DNA from: Phoronis australis
Taxonomy: Eukaryota > Animalia > Phoronida
Assembly (NCBI GenBank): GCA_002633005.1
Contig: NMRA01000451.1
Span: forward strand, 39,845-103,844
Length of the DNA stretch: 64,000 nucleotides
Direction of reading: 5' to 3'
The translations under genes were made by a program, and so were the position numbers. Under the pieces are notes generated by a model. That model worked only from the letters and a program-made list of their open reading frames with translations. It had not been told where the DNA came from and ran no database searches. Below are positions 1 to 12,800 of the stretch, piece after piece (position 1 is the stretch's first letter; every line of letters starts with the position of its first letter).

Positions 1-59
1 CAAGTCTGGGCAGCATGCTGTGACTGAATACTCGTACAAGGAAAACACGCATTTCCAAA

Positions 60-470
60 TGCAGGTGGGTATTTTCACCTTTAGGCAGTGGGCTGAAGCT
101 CATAGCAATATATTGTGAGTACTTGGTGGGGCAGCCTGAATTTTTGTATGACAAGGTAATACACTTATAATTCAACTTCAAACCAGGTAATACTATGTGT
201 TTTTGTAATCTTTGTGTTGAAGTCCAACTGTGATTACCAGTTGTTTTTCACTTGCTCAACCCCTAGGCTTCCCAGGCCTTAGACATCACCCTTCTGCCAT
301 GTCCCTAGCATAGATGGTGGCCATGTCACAGGCCCTCCATATGCCGGAAGCTTACGTAGAAGGCTGCAAGTGTAACTACATTGAAGTGCCCGGCGTCCCT
401 GTCATAATCTGAAGGGGATGCCCCTGCCCACTTTGTCAACCGTAGATTGCCAAAATTGTAAACCCATCGT
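60..470 (+). mobile_element. Decayed Academ-type transposase C-terminus (Cys-rich CxC..CxC..C tail)
   Basis: Frameshifted + strand pieces read SQAL..ITLLPCP*HRWW, then GCKCN, RRPCH, KGMP and DCQNC. This resembles the W..A..LP.P..GW...C.C..C.C..C.C..C.N end of Academ-like transposases. Confidence 0.4.
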
Positions 471-689
471 CTACAGTTTGAGGATATGATTTCAATCACT
501 GCACTGATACATTAGCTGACTTGTTTTCAGCTGCATCAACTAATCTAATTGTCAAACGTTCAAATTTTGTAGGCGAAAGAACAGAATGCATGTAAATTTG
601 TTAGGATGATAGTAAATCAATTCCAAATAAGCCTGTCTGAAAAAATTGCATACCAAAACACCGGTCGTTAAATGCTGAATTAGTGTTAA

Positions 690-960
690 CGGTTCGGATT
701 TTTTCAGACGGACTTGCATCGCAAGCAGCAGCTTAGTCTGATAACCTGAATGTGCAAATGAAATTCAAGTTTAACGACCTTGTGGCTTTAAAAGTGAAGT
801 ACCACAGATCATGCTACGAAAATAGAAAGACAAATGGATCGTGAAGAGTGAAGAATCCTTAGTTGTCCGTTGCCTTAATTTCAAAAGTAAAGCAAGAGTT
901 TGAAGCAATGCTTCAGAAATGTGGTCTGCATGATGTTATTTGGACAGGCGTTCTTAAGAA
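690..960 (+). mobile_element. Academ-type transposase N-terminal remnant
   Basis: 776-817 translates to DLVALKVKYHRSCY, matching the DL.A.E.KYH..CY motif common in these invertebrate transposases. Confidence 0.5.
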
Positions 961-1635
961 ACGACTGCTGAAACTACCCACAGTTGCAGTTTGTGCCTAA
1001 TATGTTAACGTGGATGGACTTACGTTTGGACTACCGAGTCGACTTTAAGTTCTCCCACACACACCTTTACCTAGAAGAACTTGCACTGGTGCAACATATC
1101 CCAATTTTAAATGGAGCAGAAGTTATCGCTTTGGTGCGTGAAAACGAACAGCTAATGCAAATGATCTATTGCACGCTCCGCCACTTGCGAAGTGTCGACA
1201 AACAAGCAATAAGTTTTACCCGGTTATGTGTTGTTTGTCGGGTAAAATGGCGGCTTGGAAACGAAGATGTGTCAAAAATGCTGCATTCTAATTGATCAGT
1301 CACGTCATCACTCAAAATCCTGGCATTAGGTCAATTACGGGGTGCCAAATAAGACCAGCGTTTATGTAACAGCAGCTAATCGTACTTTTGCTTAACCTAA
1401 GGTTTGCGTCCTCGCACGAGAAGTGGTGCAAGTTACCCTGGAACAAGTTATCTTACCTCAATGGAGCAGGTTACACTTGTTTAACTAACGTCAAAACAGC
1501 CTCCAAACCTAGCAAGAACTCGTTCCAAGAGTGTCTTGTTCTGAAGTAAGTCTGTGTGTAGAGCACTTTGAAATTTTCTGGGTTAAGTTAATAAGAGTTT
1601 TACAGTATCCAAGCTTCAATTTAAGGTGTACTTAC

Positions 1636-1647
1636 CTGAGTATCTTG
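1636..1647 (-). CDS. Candidate 12-nt micro-exon (CAAGATACTCAG; ARYS if phase 1)
   Basis: Minus strand reads ccttttcttctttttcag|CAAGATACTCAG|gtaagta: long polypyrimidine tract, consensus donor, length a multiple of 3. Confidence 0.55.
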
Positions 1648-2723
1648 CTGAAAAAGAAGAAAAGGTAAATTATTGTGGATTACTACTACATATTGTGATA
1701 AATTTGATTTCGTGAACATCATCAAATTGCTCATATTTTACATACTGGTCAGTAAAACTTGCCGCATAGGTGCATGCATACTTACTGAAAACCTAAAATT
1801 AAGTTAACAGCTTTGCTGAAACTTTTGTAATCTTGGCGTCTTATCTACAAAATTACAGGGTTTGTGGTTTCATTGCTCAAGATAATATGTACTTTGATAG
1901 GTTTGATTTGTGTTCAGTTTATGCGCAGTATGTTTCTGCAGTGCGATCGTAATAACGTAAGCGGCACAACATTTGCTATTCAATACAAGTGTGACAGTAA
2001 ATATGACACTTTCAAAGCACAGACTTCAATCCTGTTGAGGTTGGTTAACTGAATAATGGTTCTCTAGCTCTATTCAGACCTTAAGTAAAGGACGACAGGG
2101 TAGCAAATTAACATCTTTTAAATTCTTAATCAGCTACCGTAACACGTAACAGAACCGAATTCTGGCTTATGTTTCATGAAAATTGATTCATTACTTAGTC
2201 AGAAATTTTGTATGCAACCTCCGTATCCGCAGGGTTTTTCTAATGTGAACAAGTAAATCATGCTATAACTTTGTTGGCGATAGCGTTAACTTCCGAAACT
2301 GATGAGAAATATCAAATTATCTTCGACGCCTTGTTAATACCAGATTAAGTTGCTGGGAACAAGTCGAAAAGTGGCATTTCACGAAACAAACATCTAGGCC
2401 AGGACTTTATGTTGTACTCGAAATCGAACTCGAAATTATTTTCAAGTTGTTTGGTTCTACTTCTTTGCAAAAAAGTAGCAATTGTGCTCCCCTCCAGTAT
2501 ACAACAAATTGTGCTAAATAGTGTCAAGTCCAACTTGTAGCGGTCATGCAGGGCTCCTCAAGTGCAAACTAATCTTGTACTGTCATCCACATAAGCCATA
2601 GTGTATTCGAGTACACACTAACGGTCACACTTATCTCGAATTCTCAGAAATGTAGAACAGAAAAAATCAAAAAATAAGTCCGAGTACGAGATTGAGTACA
2701 AATATTAGACTCCGGGCTCTGAA

Positions 2724-3152
2724 TTAATATCCTCCGTACTTCTAAGAGGGACACCCTTGCAAGTATGTCCCTTGTCTTTTTTAAATTTGCACGTTACCTG
2801 TTCAAGTAGCATTTGGTGCTGTCAATTGGGTCAATGATACCATACTTGTGCATATAAAGCGCATTGATGGTAGTTGTAAAATTTTTATGAGAGTCGAAAT
2901 CGAAAGTAATGGTTTCCGTGGCTTCCAAAAATATTATCCGGATTATCCGCCGCAGCAAACAAGTCGCTGCCAAGTATTCGGCCAGTCTCTAACTTTTTCG
3001 CTTCGATTGGCTGAGGTTAGGCGTAATGGATAAAGGCCATTTAAAAAGGGTCCGTATTAATTTTTCTATAGTGCACCAGTTCCGGGGTGAAACTGAAAAC
3101 AAATAACTTGAGCATGGAATTCGTTGTCGTCGGTTTTTGGATTACCTTCTCT
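2724..3152 (-). pseudogene. 5'-truncated pseudogene paralogue of the VWA-like gene at 23114-23896
   Basis: Translates EKVIQKPT..LFVF..YRKINTDPF*MAF..GRILGSDL..KPRKP..TTINAL.MHKYG..TKCYL..HTCKGVPLRS with stops and frameshifts. The 3' flank 2615-2720 also aligns with 23005-23113. Confidence 0.9.
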
Positions 3153-3712
3153 ACGTCGCATGATTGGAGTGCAAATCTGAGTTTACTCATTTAATAGAAT
3201 TGCTTTATTTCCGAGTTGAGTATAGAATATAGATATTAGGCTAAGGGCTCTAACATAAGCCTGAATTTTCGTAAATTATAACACCCTTTATGTCGCTTTC
3301 AGCTTGGAATGATTCTGACTCAGCTGAAAATTCTGCCTACTGGTAAATCAAAGTTGTTTTAAGCGTAAAAGTGTGACAAATTTACTTAAAATACATTCTT
3401 AAATATTTTGATTGCTCCTGGTAAAATGAGTCACGTTGTAGTATTTAAACCCTTCTTCGTCATTTGTACTTTCAGAATGAGTGGTTTGGAAGCCCCCTAT
3501 AAACACGTTTTGGGTGGATTCCCAGATTGTTGATAGAAGGAGACCGCCAGAAAAAACCTTGTTGTATTGTTCCATTTCACCTCCTTAATATCTCATGTAG
3601 TGACATTTCGCATTCGTTCAACTCTCATCTCACAAGTTTAACCGGACAAAGGTGTCCCTGTTTCGTTTAAAGTTTTGAAATGCCCCTTGTTAGGACATGT
3701 TCAGATTGTATT

Positions 3713-3962
3713 CAGGGATTCATACAGGATTTCGAAAGTAGGATGTCCAAAACGGGGTTCCCAATATTTTAGGATGTCCGTGATTCCGACAACAGAATAC
3801 CCCCACCACCGTGCACCAGCACCTCCCCCACAGTGATTTTTTTACAAAAAATACCTAGATCAAGACGTTTACATCTGAGTTTTCAAAGTAACCCTCTCTA
3901 GCGACTTTTTTACTAAAAAAATGCGTGGACTTAGACTTTTGCGTCTAAATTTATGAATACAT
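3713..3962. mobile_element. Non-autonomous DNA transposon fragment shared by both duplicated units (second copy about 32499-32755)
   Basis: Starts CAGGGATTCA..CAGGATTTCGAAA, interrupts the viral reading frame at the same site in both copies; right end uncertain. Confidence 0.45.
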
Positions 3963-5055
3963 CCAAGCAGCTTACCAGACAAATGTTAAAGATATTTTAA
4001 ACGATGAATGCATTTCGCAGATGACGTGTGGTTTATATTTTGGCAGTAGATGTCAGTATACTGTTCCATATCAAAACAGGAACAATTTCATTGAAATGCA
4101 TGAAACAGTGCTTAGTTTTAATTACTTATATTAGGTTAGTGTAAACCCTACTTCAATCATGTCAGTGAGTTTTTTTAATCTAACTTTTCAGATGTCCAGT
4201 TGAGCTAAGAACAGTTGTAAGGTAACTAATTCTTACAATGTTTACAAATGTAGTATGACTGCAGTCTAACTCCAGGTTGAAGTTATGTGTATCATTTCGG
4301 TGTGGCGAACAACCAGTATAGAGGCATCAGTATGAATTTTAAACTGAATGTCTTCTTAAAAATGTAACTATTCTCATCTTGCAGGTAATCAGAGCTGTTG
4401 TTCGCTCATGTACTTATCTTCTTTGTCACCTGCATCCTCACAATCTGCATCAAAGGGTTGTGTCTGGTCTATGCTCTATTGCAATTTAAAGTAGACAATA
4501 ATCCTGACTTCTGTCACCAAAATTAACTTTTCATTTAGACTACGTATCATTAGTATGAAATTAATCTCGATTTATTCCTCGATAAAAATAGGTGTGAATT
4601 TCGGGCTTGAAAATGTCTAGAAATTTTTTACTGCTAGAGAGAGTTTCTTCATGTTGACTTGTCACAGCATACCATTTCATTCATCTGAGATTGTCCCAAC
4701 CATAATGAACTGCCACTTCCTTGCAAGACCAAAATTATCTCATCTGAATAGCGAAAAAGCCGAGATCAATTCTATACTGATAAGTGGTTAAAACCAAAAG
4801 TTAAGTTGCGTGGATAGAACAGGGTTTATAGCCATAGTAACTGTTCTGTGAAATATGCCACTTTATCTCTCTCAGTGTTGGTTTCTTATTGCTTACTTAT
4901 AGACGATGATAGTATGAACATTGTTTAAGCTTGATAAAACAGTTGTGATAGCTTCATATTCATGCAACGGCTGCTGAGAAGCCCTTGGGACATAACCATA
5001 TTGCCAGGGGCTAAATTTCCAGTCTTAGAACTCTAGGATCCATGTAAACCATAAA

Positions 5056-6224
5056 CAGCCGATTTCATAAAGGTGGTTTAAAGTTAAACCAGGTTTAAAC
5101 TGGACTTAGACCAGGTTTAACGATAACCTGCATTTCATAAAGGTGGTTGAACTTTTAGACCAGTGGTCTTGTAAAACCTGGTTTAACTCCAGTTTAGACC
5201 TGGTCTAAGTCAGTTTTCATTTCACCAACGAGGTCTATATTCTTTAGACCTCTAGTAAGATCTTAAACCATGTTTATTTAACCTTAGACTTGGTCAGACC
5301 CAGGTTTAGCTGTTAAATATGCATGGTATAGGTGCAACTGAACGATGCCGCGGTGTGCAATTGCGACGCAGTTTTAGAGCGAAAATGGACTATTTTCATT
5401 ATTCAGGTTTACTACGACACGAGATCAAACGTAGCAGGGGCGGATCCAGGATTTTTTTAAAGGAGATGGGGACGGTCAAGCACTTTTTGAAAGGGGGCAC
5501 CAAGTCAACAATTTGAAAATTATAGATTTGATATCATTAAAATCAAAGGAAGAAGGGGGCTCCAGACCCCTTGACCCCCCTGGATCCGCCTATGCGTAGA
5601 CCAGTACGTGCTGGAGTGTGTCCTGCGGATTCCTCAGAATACGACTGGTCGAGCAGGTCTCATCGTCGCAGGCCCTACGGATTTGACTTAAGACAGCATC
5701 CTCTGATACTTCTGACTGAGTTCCACCTCCACTGTTCTCCTATTCAATGTTGCCGGGAAGGGGTCTTGCCCCTCCTTTGGCCGCGAAAAATAAAAACTAA
5801 AATGACACGGAAATAAATTTGGGCATTTATCATGTTACATCTAATCATGAGCATGTTCTTTAATGTGTGTGTGTTGAGCACACAAATTACATTTTTCCTC
5901 ATGAGAAAAGCTTTTACACCTTTGTCGTAAATGTCTGCACTGATTCTACTGGTGTATGCCATTCTATACCCACGTGATCAAGGTTTCATTGAAGCACTTC
6001 AATAGTTTCTTTGTTGGGTTTACCAAGCTCGACACAGTTGGGTGCCTTTAATACTTTAAACCTGGTTCTACTGAACCAGCCCCCTGGTGTAGCAAAACCA
6101 GGCTTTCAGACTCTTAAACCATGTTAGTGAAATGCAAGTTAGGTCTAAAATTAGACCAGGTTTAGGAAGACCATGTTTAAGTCTTCAACCTGGTTTTGTT
6201 AAAACACCTTTATGAAATCGGCTG
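5056..6224. mobile_element. PIF/Harbinger-like non-autonomous element, copy A
   Basis: TIR CAGCCGATTTCATAAAGGTG / CACCTTTATGAAATCGGCTG, 3-bp TSD AAA, many subterminal AAACC/GGTTT-AGACC motifs. Homologous to 16187-20830 and 24079-25582. Confidence 0.85.
5435..5594. mobile_element. Small hAT-like MITE nested in the Harbinger-like element
   Basis: Ends CAGGGGCGGATCCAGG / CCTGGATCCGCCTATG flanked by the 5-bp direct repeat CGTAG; present in all three host copies. Confidence 0.75.
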
Positions 6225-7167
6225 AAAGTGTTCTCCAGTGGCCATCAAAAGTTATGATGCTATGAAGATTTAAACTCCGAGTCAAATGACAATATTTGCA
6301 TTAATTCTTGCATCATTTTTCTAACTTGCAACCTCTCACACTTGTTTATACTCCATTCAGTCGATGACATGGGTACGGTTATTATTACTTGTACCCAATG
6401 GTGGTTCTTTGCCCTGTATCTTTGGTTTTCGTGTTTCAGTGCTCAATTATATTGTAACATTCCACAATCTTTTACACTTATAAGTTACACTGGTACTTAA
6501 GTGAGAAATCCAAGAAGTATGCAGTCAGTGATTAAGAAAGTTCTGTACCCCACTGCCCCTACCTTCCATAATTAGCAGATGCTTGTGAGAAGAACAAGGC
6601 GCGCACAAACTTTACACATGACTTCCAGAGGTCAACCAGTCCATTGCCTTGAAGTCAATGGTCTTGCAATGGCAACAAATGCTAATTTATCTATCTAAAG
6701 AAACTATCACTGCTTCAGTGAACAATTTACTCTAGCTTTACGTTGGCAAAGTTGCTTGACGTGGATATAGACTGCGGTCAATTCAAAAAGACATGTCAAT
6801 ATTTTTCATCATCTTCGTTTATTGTACAATATATAGCTCTGACAGTTTACTTTTATATACGTGAATCAACAATACTTGGTCACTTTTTGCCTACATACGA
6901 CTCCAAAATTGTGATACAGTACCTGGTTTGTAATTGGAGTCTTCATGGAACTTGGTTAAGGTTGAATCTATCAGCCTGCACCGTCTGCTTTTGTTGATCC
7001 ACGTGGTGTTATTTGACTACGTCATTAAAATAAAAGTGATTAGAAGTGAATTTGAGGCAGGCTAAACTTTGGCACTGGAAATCCATTCTGTTTGTTAATG
7101 TGATTATACCATTGCTGTTAAAGCTGCTATAAACCTGCCTTCCTTCAAATAAAGTCTTCATTTTGAC

Positions 7168-8733
7168 GGCACTTGCTTAATTTTGGTTCGTTCTGAATTA
7201 TGTCTTTGAATTTAATTTATTAATTTGCGAATTTTCCTGGTTTGAAACCAAGATGTGTTTGGATTGGTTCAAAAAAGACTCTGGCGAATAACTTTGTGTC
7301 CCTGAAAATCTGTTATGGACTAACAAGCCTTTCATGTTTTTGGGAATTAACTTCTCCACTGATTATAATACAATGCCAGGTATTTTCTTGTGGCAGGCTT
7401 TTGGAAATTAAGAAAAATTCTGGGCTCTTTGTCAAGAAGAATTCTTACTGTTTTAGATAAAATAACCGTGGTTAACACAATTTTGTTGCCCAAGATTGTT
7501 CATTTGCTTCAATCCCTCCCTAGCTCCTTCATTGACATGATTCAAGAATTAGAGCAAGTTTTTTACTTCATTTGGAATGGAAAGAATGACAGAGTTAGCC
7601 GAAACATAATTGTACAAAATCAGGATCATAGTGGTTTAAAAACGGTTCGTGTTAGTTTTTTATTAAGTCTTTGAAAATATCCTGGTTTAGTAAACTATTC
7701 ACCTCAAATACCATACATGTACGTTACCTTGAAGAGGCAGTTTTGGGTTGTAAAGTTGATAACTATTTTAAAATGGGAGACGCTATCCTTAAAATAGATT
7801 AAGAAACCTACAATCTGTTGTGGAATGAAGTTTTAAGCGATATAGTGCTCATGCTTCAAATTTGTGACAAAAAATGAAAATATTAATGTCTCTCCCCTGT
7901 GGTATGATTCAAAGATTGAAGTCGGTAGACAATTTATTTTCTACAAGAGCTGGTGTGAAAAGGGTGTCTATCATGTGTGTGATTTGTTTAATGCTGAAGG
8001 TTTTTTTATGTCATACGAAAAAGTGTGTAACAGTTACAACTTTCAACCTCCAATACTTGAATTCTATGGATTAAGAGGTGCATCCTTTGCAGCGTACAGG
8101 CGTCTTACGAATAGACAAGACAATACCTTTGTACCAAATTTTCCAAGTTATATTTATAAAATTTTGCAGAATAAGTCACAAGCAGTAAATATTTATGACA
8201 CCTTATTACAGTCACTTCAGACAGTTTGTAAATATAAAAAAGTGATCATCTGAGACAGATATAAACGGGTTTATTAATAATGTAAATTTTAGTGACCCTG
8301 ATTAATGGTGGAGAAAAGTAAATAAACTCCCCTTCAATTGTACAAAGGATACAACATTGCGATAGTTTGAATACCGCTTAATTCACAGAATATTGCCAGC
8401 CAATAAAATTGAAATAGAAACAAGTGATTTATGCTCTTTCTGTGGTGAACACAGTGAAACTTTTCTCCATCTGTTTTGGGAATGTCGCATTGTCACCAGT
8501 TTCTGTTGATCATGCTAGCAAAAAATAAAAAAATTTTATCCAAAAGTTTGTTGAAAAAATGTCAATTTCCAAATGTTCATAAACTTTATTAAATTACATC
8601 CTGAAGAAAATACGGTACTTGTTGACTAGTGATTTAATCTTATTCTTTGTAAATGATGTCTACCGTATTGTATTATGTGACATGTAATTATCATGGTAGA
8701 GCAAAATAAAAAAAAATAAAATAAGATAAAAAC
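7168..8733 (+). mobile_element. 5'-truncated Tx1/L1-clade LINE (RT C-terminus and zinc knuckle), decayed
   Basis: KITVVNTILLPKIVHLLQSLP, PLWYDSKI, YRLIHRILP.N and CSFC..SETFLHLFWEC motifs; A-rich tail 8702-8732; TSD TCTTCATTTTGAC at 7155-7167 and 8734-8746; empty site in copy 2 near 33718. Confidence 0.9.
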
Positions 8734-8746
8734 TCTTCATTTTGAC

Positions 8747-9405
8747 CACATGTTGTCTCGGCCCATTCGTTAGTCAAATTACAAGTGATTCCTGGAATTA
8801 GAAAAAACGACAGTTCGTTATAGCTCAAGCCTCAGCTTATCAAGTTGGCTTGAAACGCCATATCATTTTTTCTAGATGATTTTGTTCCCAGCCAAGAAAC
8901 CCATCCTCACGCAGGTAAAGAAATTTACTGAAGGGAGATTTGAGGCAAAGAATGGTTTAAATCGAAAGTTTGTTTACTATTTATGAAATGTGGGTTTTGA
9001 TGCATTACATTTAAATCCTCATCCGATTTACAATATGAAACTAAGAAATGGTTTTGGGCCTAAATTTTGTTTATTGGTGCCATAAAGTAATCACATTTAT
9101 CTGAGTACTAAGTTGTAGGCAAAACGAATATATGCATTAGACACATAAAAAGTTGACCGCAAGCAAAAGCAGATAAAGCGGTACGATTTGTAACATAACC
9201 GTTGTATGGCGAAAATATGTTGGGGAAGTCGCCTTTTGTCGTAGTCAGTACATTTGTCGAATGCCAGCACATCATTACAGTAGACTTTTTCCAATTCCTC
9301 ATTTATAAAGAAGACACCAAAAGTCCTGAAACAAAAATAAAATAATACTTTCTTCTCAGCCACAAAAGAAAAAGCTTCCATTGCCTAATGTACTTCAATA
9401 GCTGA
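8747..9405 (+). pseudogene. EVE copy 1, capping/connector region of the L-like gene
   Basis: KFTEGRFEAKNGLN (copy 2: KFTDSQSDAENGVN) followed by LHL.. resembles the TD....N..+FQ / H.H block of L conserved region V. Aligns with 33735-33811 and 36462-37090. Confidence 0.55.
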
Positions 9406-9882
9406 ATACCTCATAGAATGCACAGTTGGAAATCCATTGTCATGCGTATTTGGTATTTGCACTTAAATTTCAAACACTAAAAACTGTCAAATAATGAATT
9501 TGTTTTATTGTGTTTTGTTTTGTTTTGTTTTGTTTTGTTTGCCTAATCCCGGGCTTTATTATGAACCTGCCAATAATCTTCAGAGAGGCTTTAATAAATA
9601 TTCATGTCAAAGGCATACAGTCAGGGCCGTAACAACGTTTCCACTTAACAATTACCAAGAAAATGTTTAATACTATAAGCACTAATACATATTAGAAGAC
9701 TGGGTATAATTTGTACACATTTTCTCAATAAGTAACAATATGAGTATATTTTCAGATAATTTATTTATTTTCTAAATTGGGTTTTAAATATTGGTCTGAA
9801 ACATGTATGTGGATTGTAAGATCAAATATCTGCCTTAAGTTACTTTTATGAAAAATACCCTGGGGCACTAGTACTTAAGCAT

Positions 9883-12800
9883 CAGTCCACGGATCCACCG
9901 ACCACTGTACAGCCAACAAGCGGCAAGGTGGGGGGTCAGCCATTCAGATCCATGTTTAGTCTGATAAATCACATTAGGGATGAGAGAAAATGGGTGAAGT
10001 ATGACACCACAAAGTTTGGTGGTTTAGGAGATACAAGGGAAGTGTTCTGGGGGGCAAAATGAGGCAATTTCTTGGTGTGGAATGAGTCATTTTTTACCAA
10101 ATTTTCTACTCCAGTTTCTGCTTCAAACAAAATCGTTTCTGAACAATTTTGATATCACATGATAGGTTAATGACCAATGTCAATAAAAACGGCACCGACA
10201 CAGCAATATCGGTTACCATGGTAACACTGGAACTGTTTCCGTGGAGGTACATTTCCGTCTTGTGAAAAACCAGCAGTAAGGTGTACCCTTATAGCGAAGC
10301 TGCCCCCGCGAAAAAACTAAAAATAATAACATAGACATGTAGAAGACTCCATGCCATTGAAATAAGTACAATAAAAACTTTGTCAGCCCTTCAGGCAGGC
10401 TTGGTAATAGTTGTCTGAATTTCACTATTTTCTGACTGCGTATGTGTATTTGTCATGTTAAACCAGTCACTAGTTGTGCGCTCTTTCTACGCATTAATAT
10501 GCCGTGGTATAATACAACAATTAAAAAAATTGGTTTGCTTAAATGTTTTCAATGAGTTTTAAGGACACTAGCATTTTCCAATAAAATATGAAATTATACT
10601 AAATTTGTTCATCCAATTCGTCTAAATACCAAACTAGCTTACAATGCGTTAGTTGAATTATGGCTGACCTAAAGTGCGAGTTTGCGAATTTATATATTTA
10701 TCTGGCACTGCCAGTCGCATCGAATGTGGTATTTCTACAAATTGCGAAGAGAAACAACTTTGGAAACTCTTGGGAAATGCGCAAGGTATAGAGCGAGACA
10801 TTTGAGCACCTTATAAGAGTACGTGGAGCTGATGTGGAGGTGGAACGTGTCCTCCTGAGAAGTAGTCTTTCTCATTGTCTGCCTCGGAGGCAGGTGTGCA
10901 AGAGCTACATAATCTACCGTATTAGATTCACTTAACCGAATCATCGATACAACACTCGAGATATATTGGCGTTGCCAAAGACACTTAGAACATCCACTGC
11001 ACACCAGAGGAGAAATCTGATAGAGGTCTGAAAAATGACCAAAGACGTTAAGTCAAGGTTCAACGCCCTGCTTCGTGTGAGCTCAGGTAGGAATCACTAA
11101 ACTCCAGGGTCTGACCCTGAGGAATATTTTTAGAAGCACGTCATTCATGCAAAAATGCTTTTATTGACACACCGTGATTGCTTATAACTTGGGCCTTATT
11201 GCTTAATCATATCTTATTCAAATGTGTTGATGTTTATGCAACTACTTGTATACATTGGCATAGAAAATAGGTAGTCATCATAACTTTTCATAACAACCAC
11301 CAAATGTGTAACATGAACTCCTTTTAGAGACTAGGAAGTATTTTTGTGTCCAATGATTTTCTGCGATTATGGAGTTAATTAAACATGCTAAACCCGTCAA
11401 AGTTATTAGTGCCTTCACTTTAGCTTGGTATTCATATTTTCTGGGCCGAAATAGCCACATTAAATTCAATATGTTTAATTTATCATTAATACAATTTTAG
11501 AAATCAGGAAAGGCTTATGCTGAAGTAGTGGCTTCAGCTGAAGTTGGAGACTTGCCGATTATTAGTAAAGGTTGGGTATGGAAAAGTTCACAACCAGCAA
11601 GAAGGTACCCTTCTGGACAACTAAGTGAGGGGGCTAGAGAGAGGCCGAAAAGTCTACTCCCAGAAGATATGTCAAAGAGAATTTGTAGCTTGAGGAACGA
11701 GTTGGGGAAAAAGTATTTGCCAAAGATTACTGGCTTATACCACAACAGGTCCAAAGTAATTTGTTGAGGCCACTTTCAGCAAATGTAGGGAAACTGGGAC
11801 AGAGGAAGTGGAGTATGCATTGAAAGAGGCAATCTTCGATTGTCAAGGATGTAGCATTGTAAAAATTCAAAGGGAGGAAACAGTACAGTGGCTGGACCTG
11901 TAAATACTCTGGCTGATCTGCTAAATCCAGTGGGGGCATTATTGTGTGAGCACAGCTACATGTATGTAGGGAAGTAGGCTTGTGTGTTGTCGCAAGCTTG
12001 GCTTGCACCAGAACTGCTTGTGTGAACAGCACAAATCTAAAATTTACCTAGTCTAAGACTGAATTTTTGTCCAGGCACGGATCATGATCCTGGGCCACAT
12101 GGTAATGGTACATTGTTCATTTTGTTTAGCCACTGGATGTTTCGATCTGACAGGATTTCTCAGTGTCGCCATCACATTTAGATGATTTCTGACCACTGTA
12201 CTATTCCTTTTCCTAGAAGATGCGTAATTGATCTGAATTTATGTTTCCGCATTTTGTTTACCATTATAGATTTTTGTTTGTAAATGGGTATATATAACTG
12301 AAATTTTTAGACCCTGTTGCAGGCTGGTTTTGTTAACTTATCTTTCTGCCTGGGTTGTAAAGCCATATTCTGTCCAGGAGGTAATACGTTTTGATTTAGA
12401 CCATTTACCTCTATAAACTTTGCTCAGTTTGTTCCTTATCCAGATGGGAAGTGATTTCTGGAATTTTAGCGAATTGACAGTTTGCTATTCCTTGAGACCA
12501 TGCTGTGTGTATAAAATCGCACACTATTAGTCTGGTCTCTAGCAATTGCATATTGCCAGATCTTTCAAAGTTCTGAAATTGCCTGGAAGCAATACCTATT
12601 TTGTGTTGGTAAAATGTCTAAAACAAAAGTTGTTTTATGTGATTTTAGGCGATTATATGTCCATTTCAAATGATTTTTTGTTGGAGTACTGAAAAGTATT
12701 GGCACATTAGCTCTGGTGGCTCCTTGTTTTTTTGGCGAATTGACCATTGTATGATTCCCATGGGTAATTTTGTTACTGGTCTAGTATGTATGTACAACTG

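Larger units (their letters stand above)
3160..7167 (+). pseudogene. Endogenous viral element copy 1, N-terminal and RdRp part of a Mononegavirales-like L gene (interrupted at 3713-3962 and 5056-6224)
   Basis: Motifs occur in the canonical order: ILNDECIS (3994), EF*..LQV.(S)ELLFAHV..F..LT pre-motif A (4334-4440), EINLD..NFGLE motif A (4557-4611), IEQGL*AIVT motif B (4814), LTY-(S/G)DD motif C (4892), LGH motif D (4985), ESND (6279), LPCIFG (6409), LESSW (6934), LNFG..AVKAAINL (7062-7137). Confidence 0.7.

Noticed and set aside
9097-9381. Minus-strand ORF with an apparent splice acceptor, conserved at 36776-37030
   Set aside because: The conservation is explained by the segmental duplication; it lies antisense within the collinear EVE and copy 2 is frameshifted. 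It is not fully excluded as an exon.
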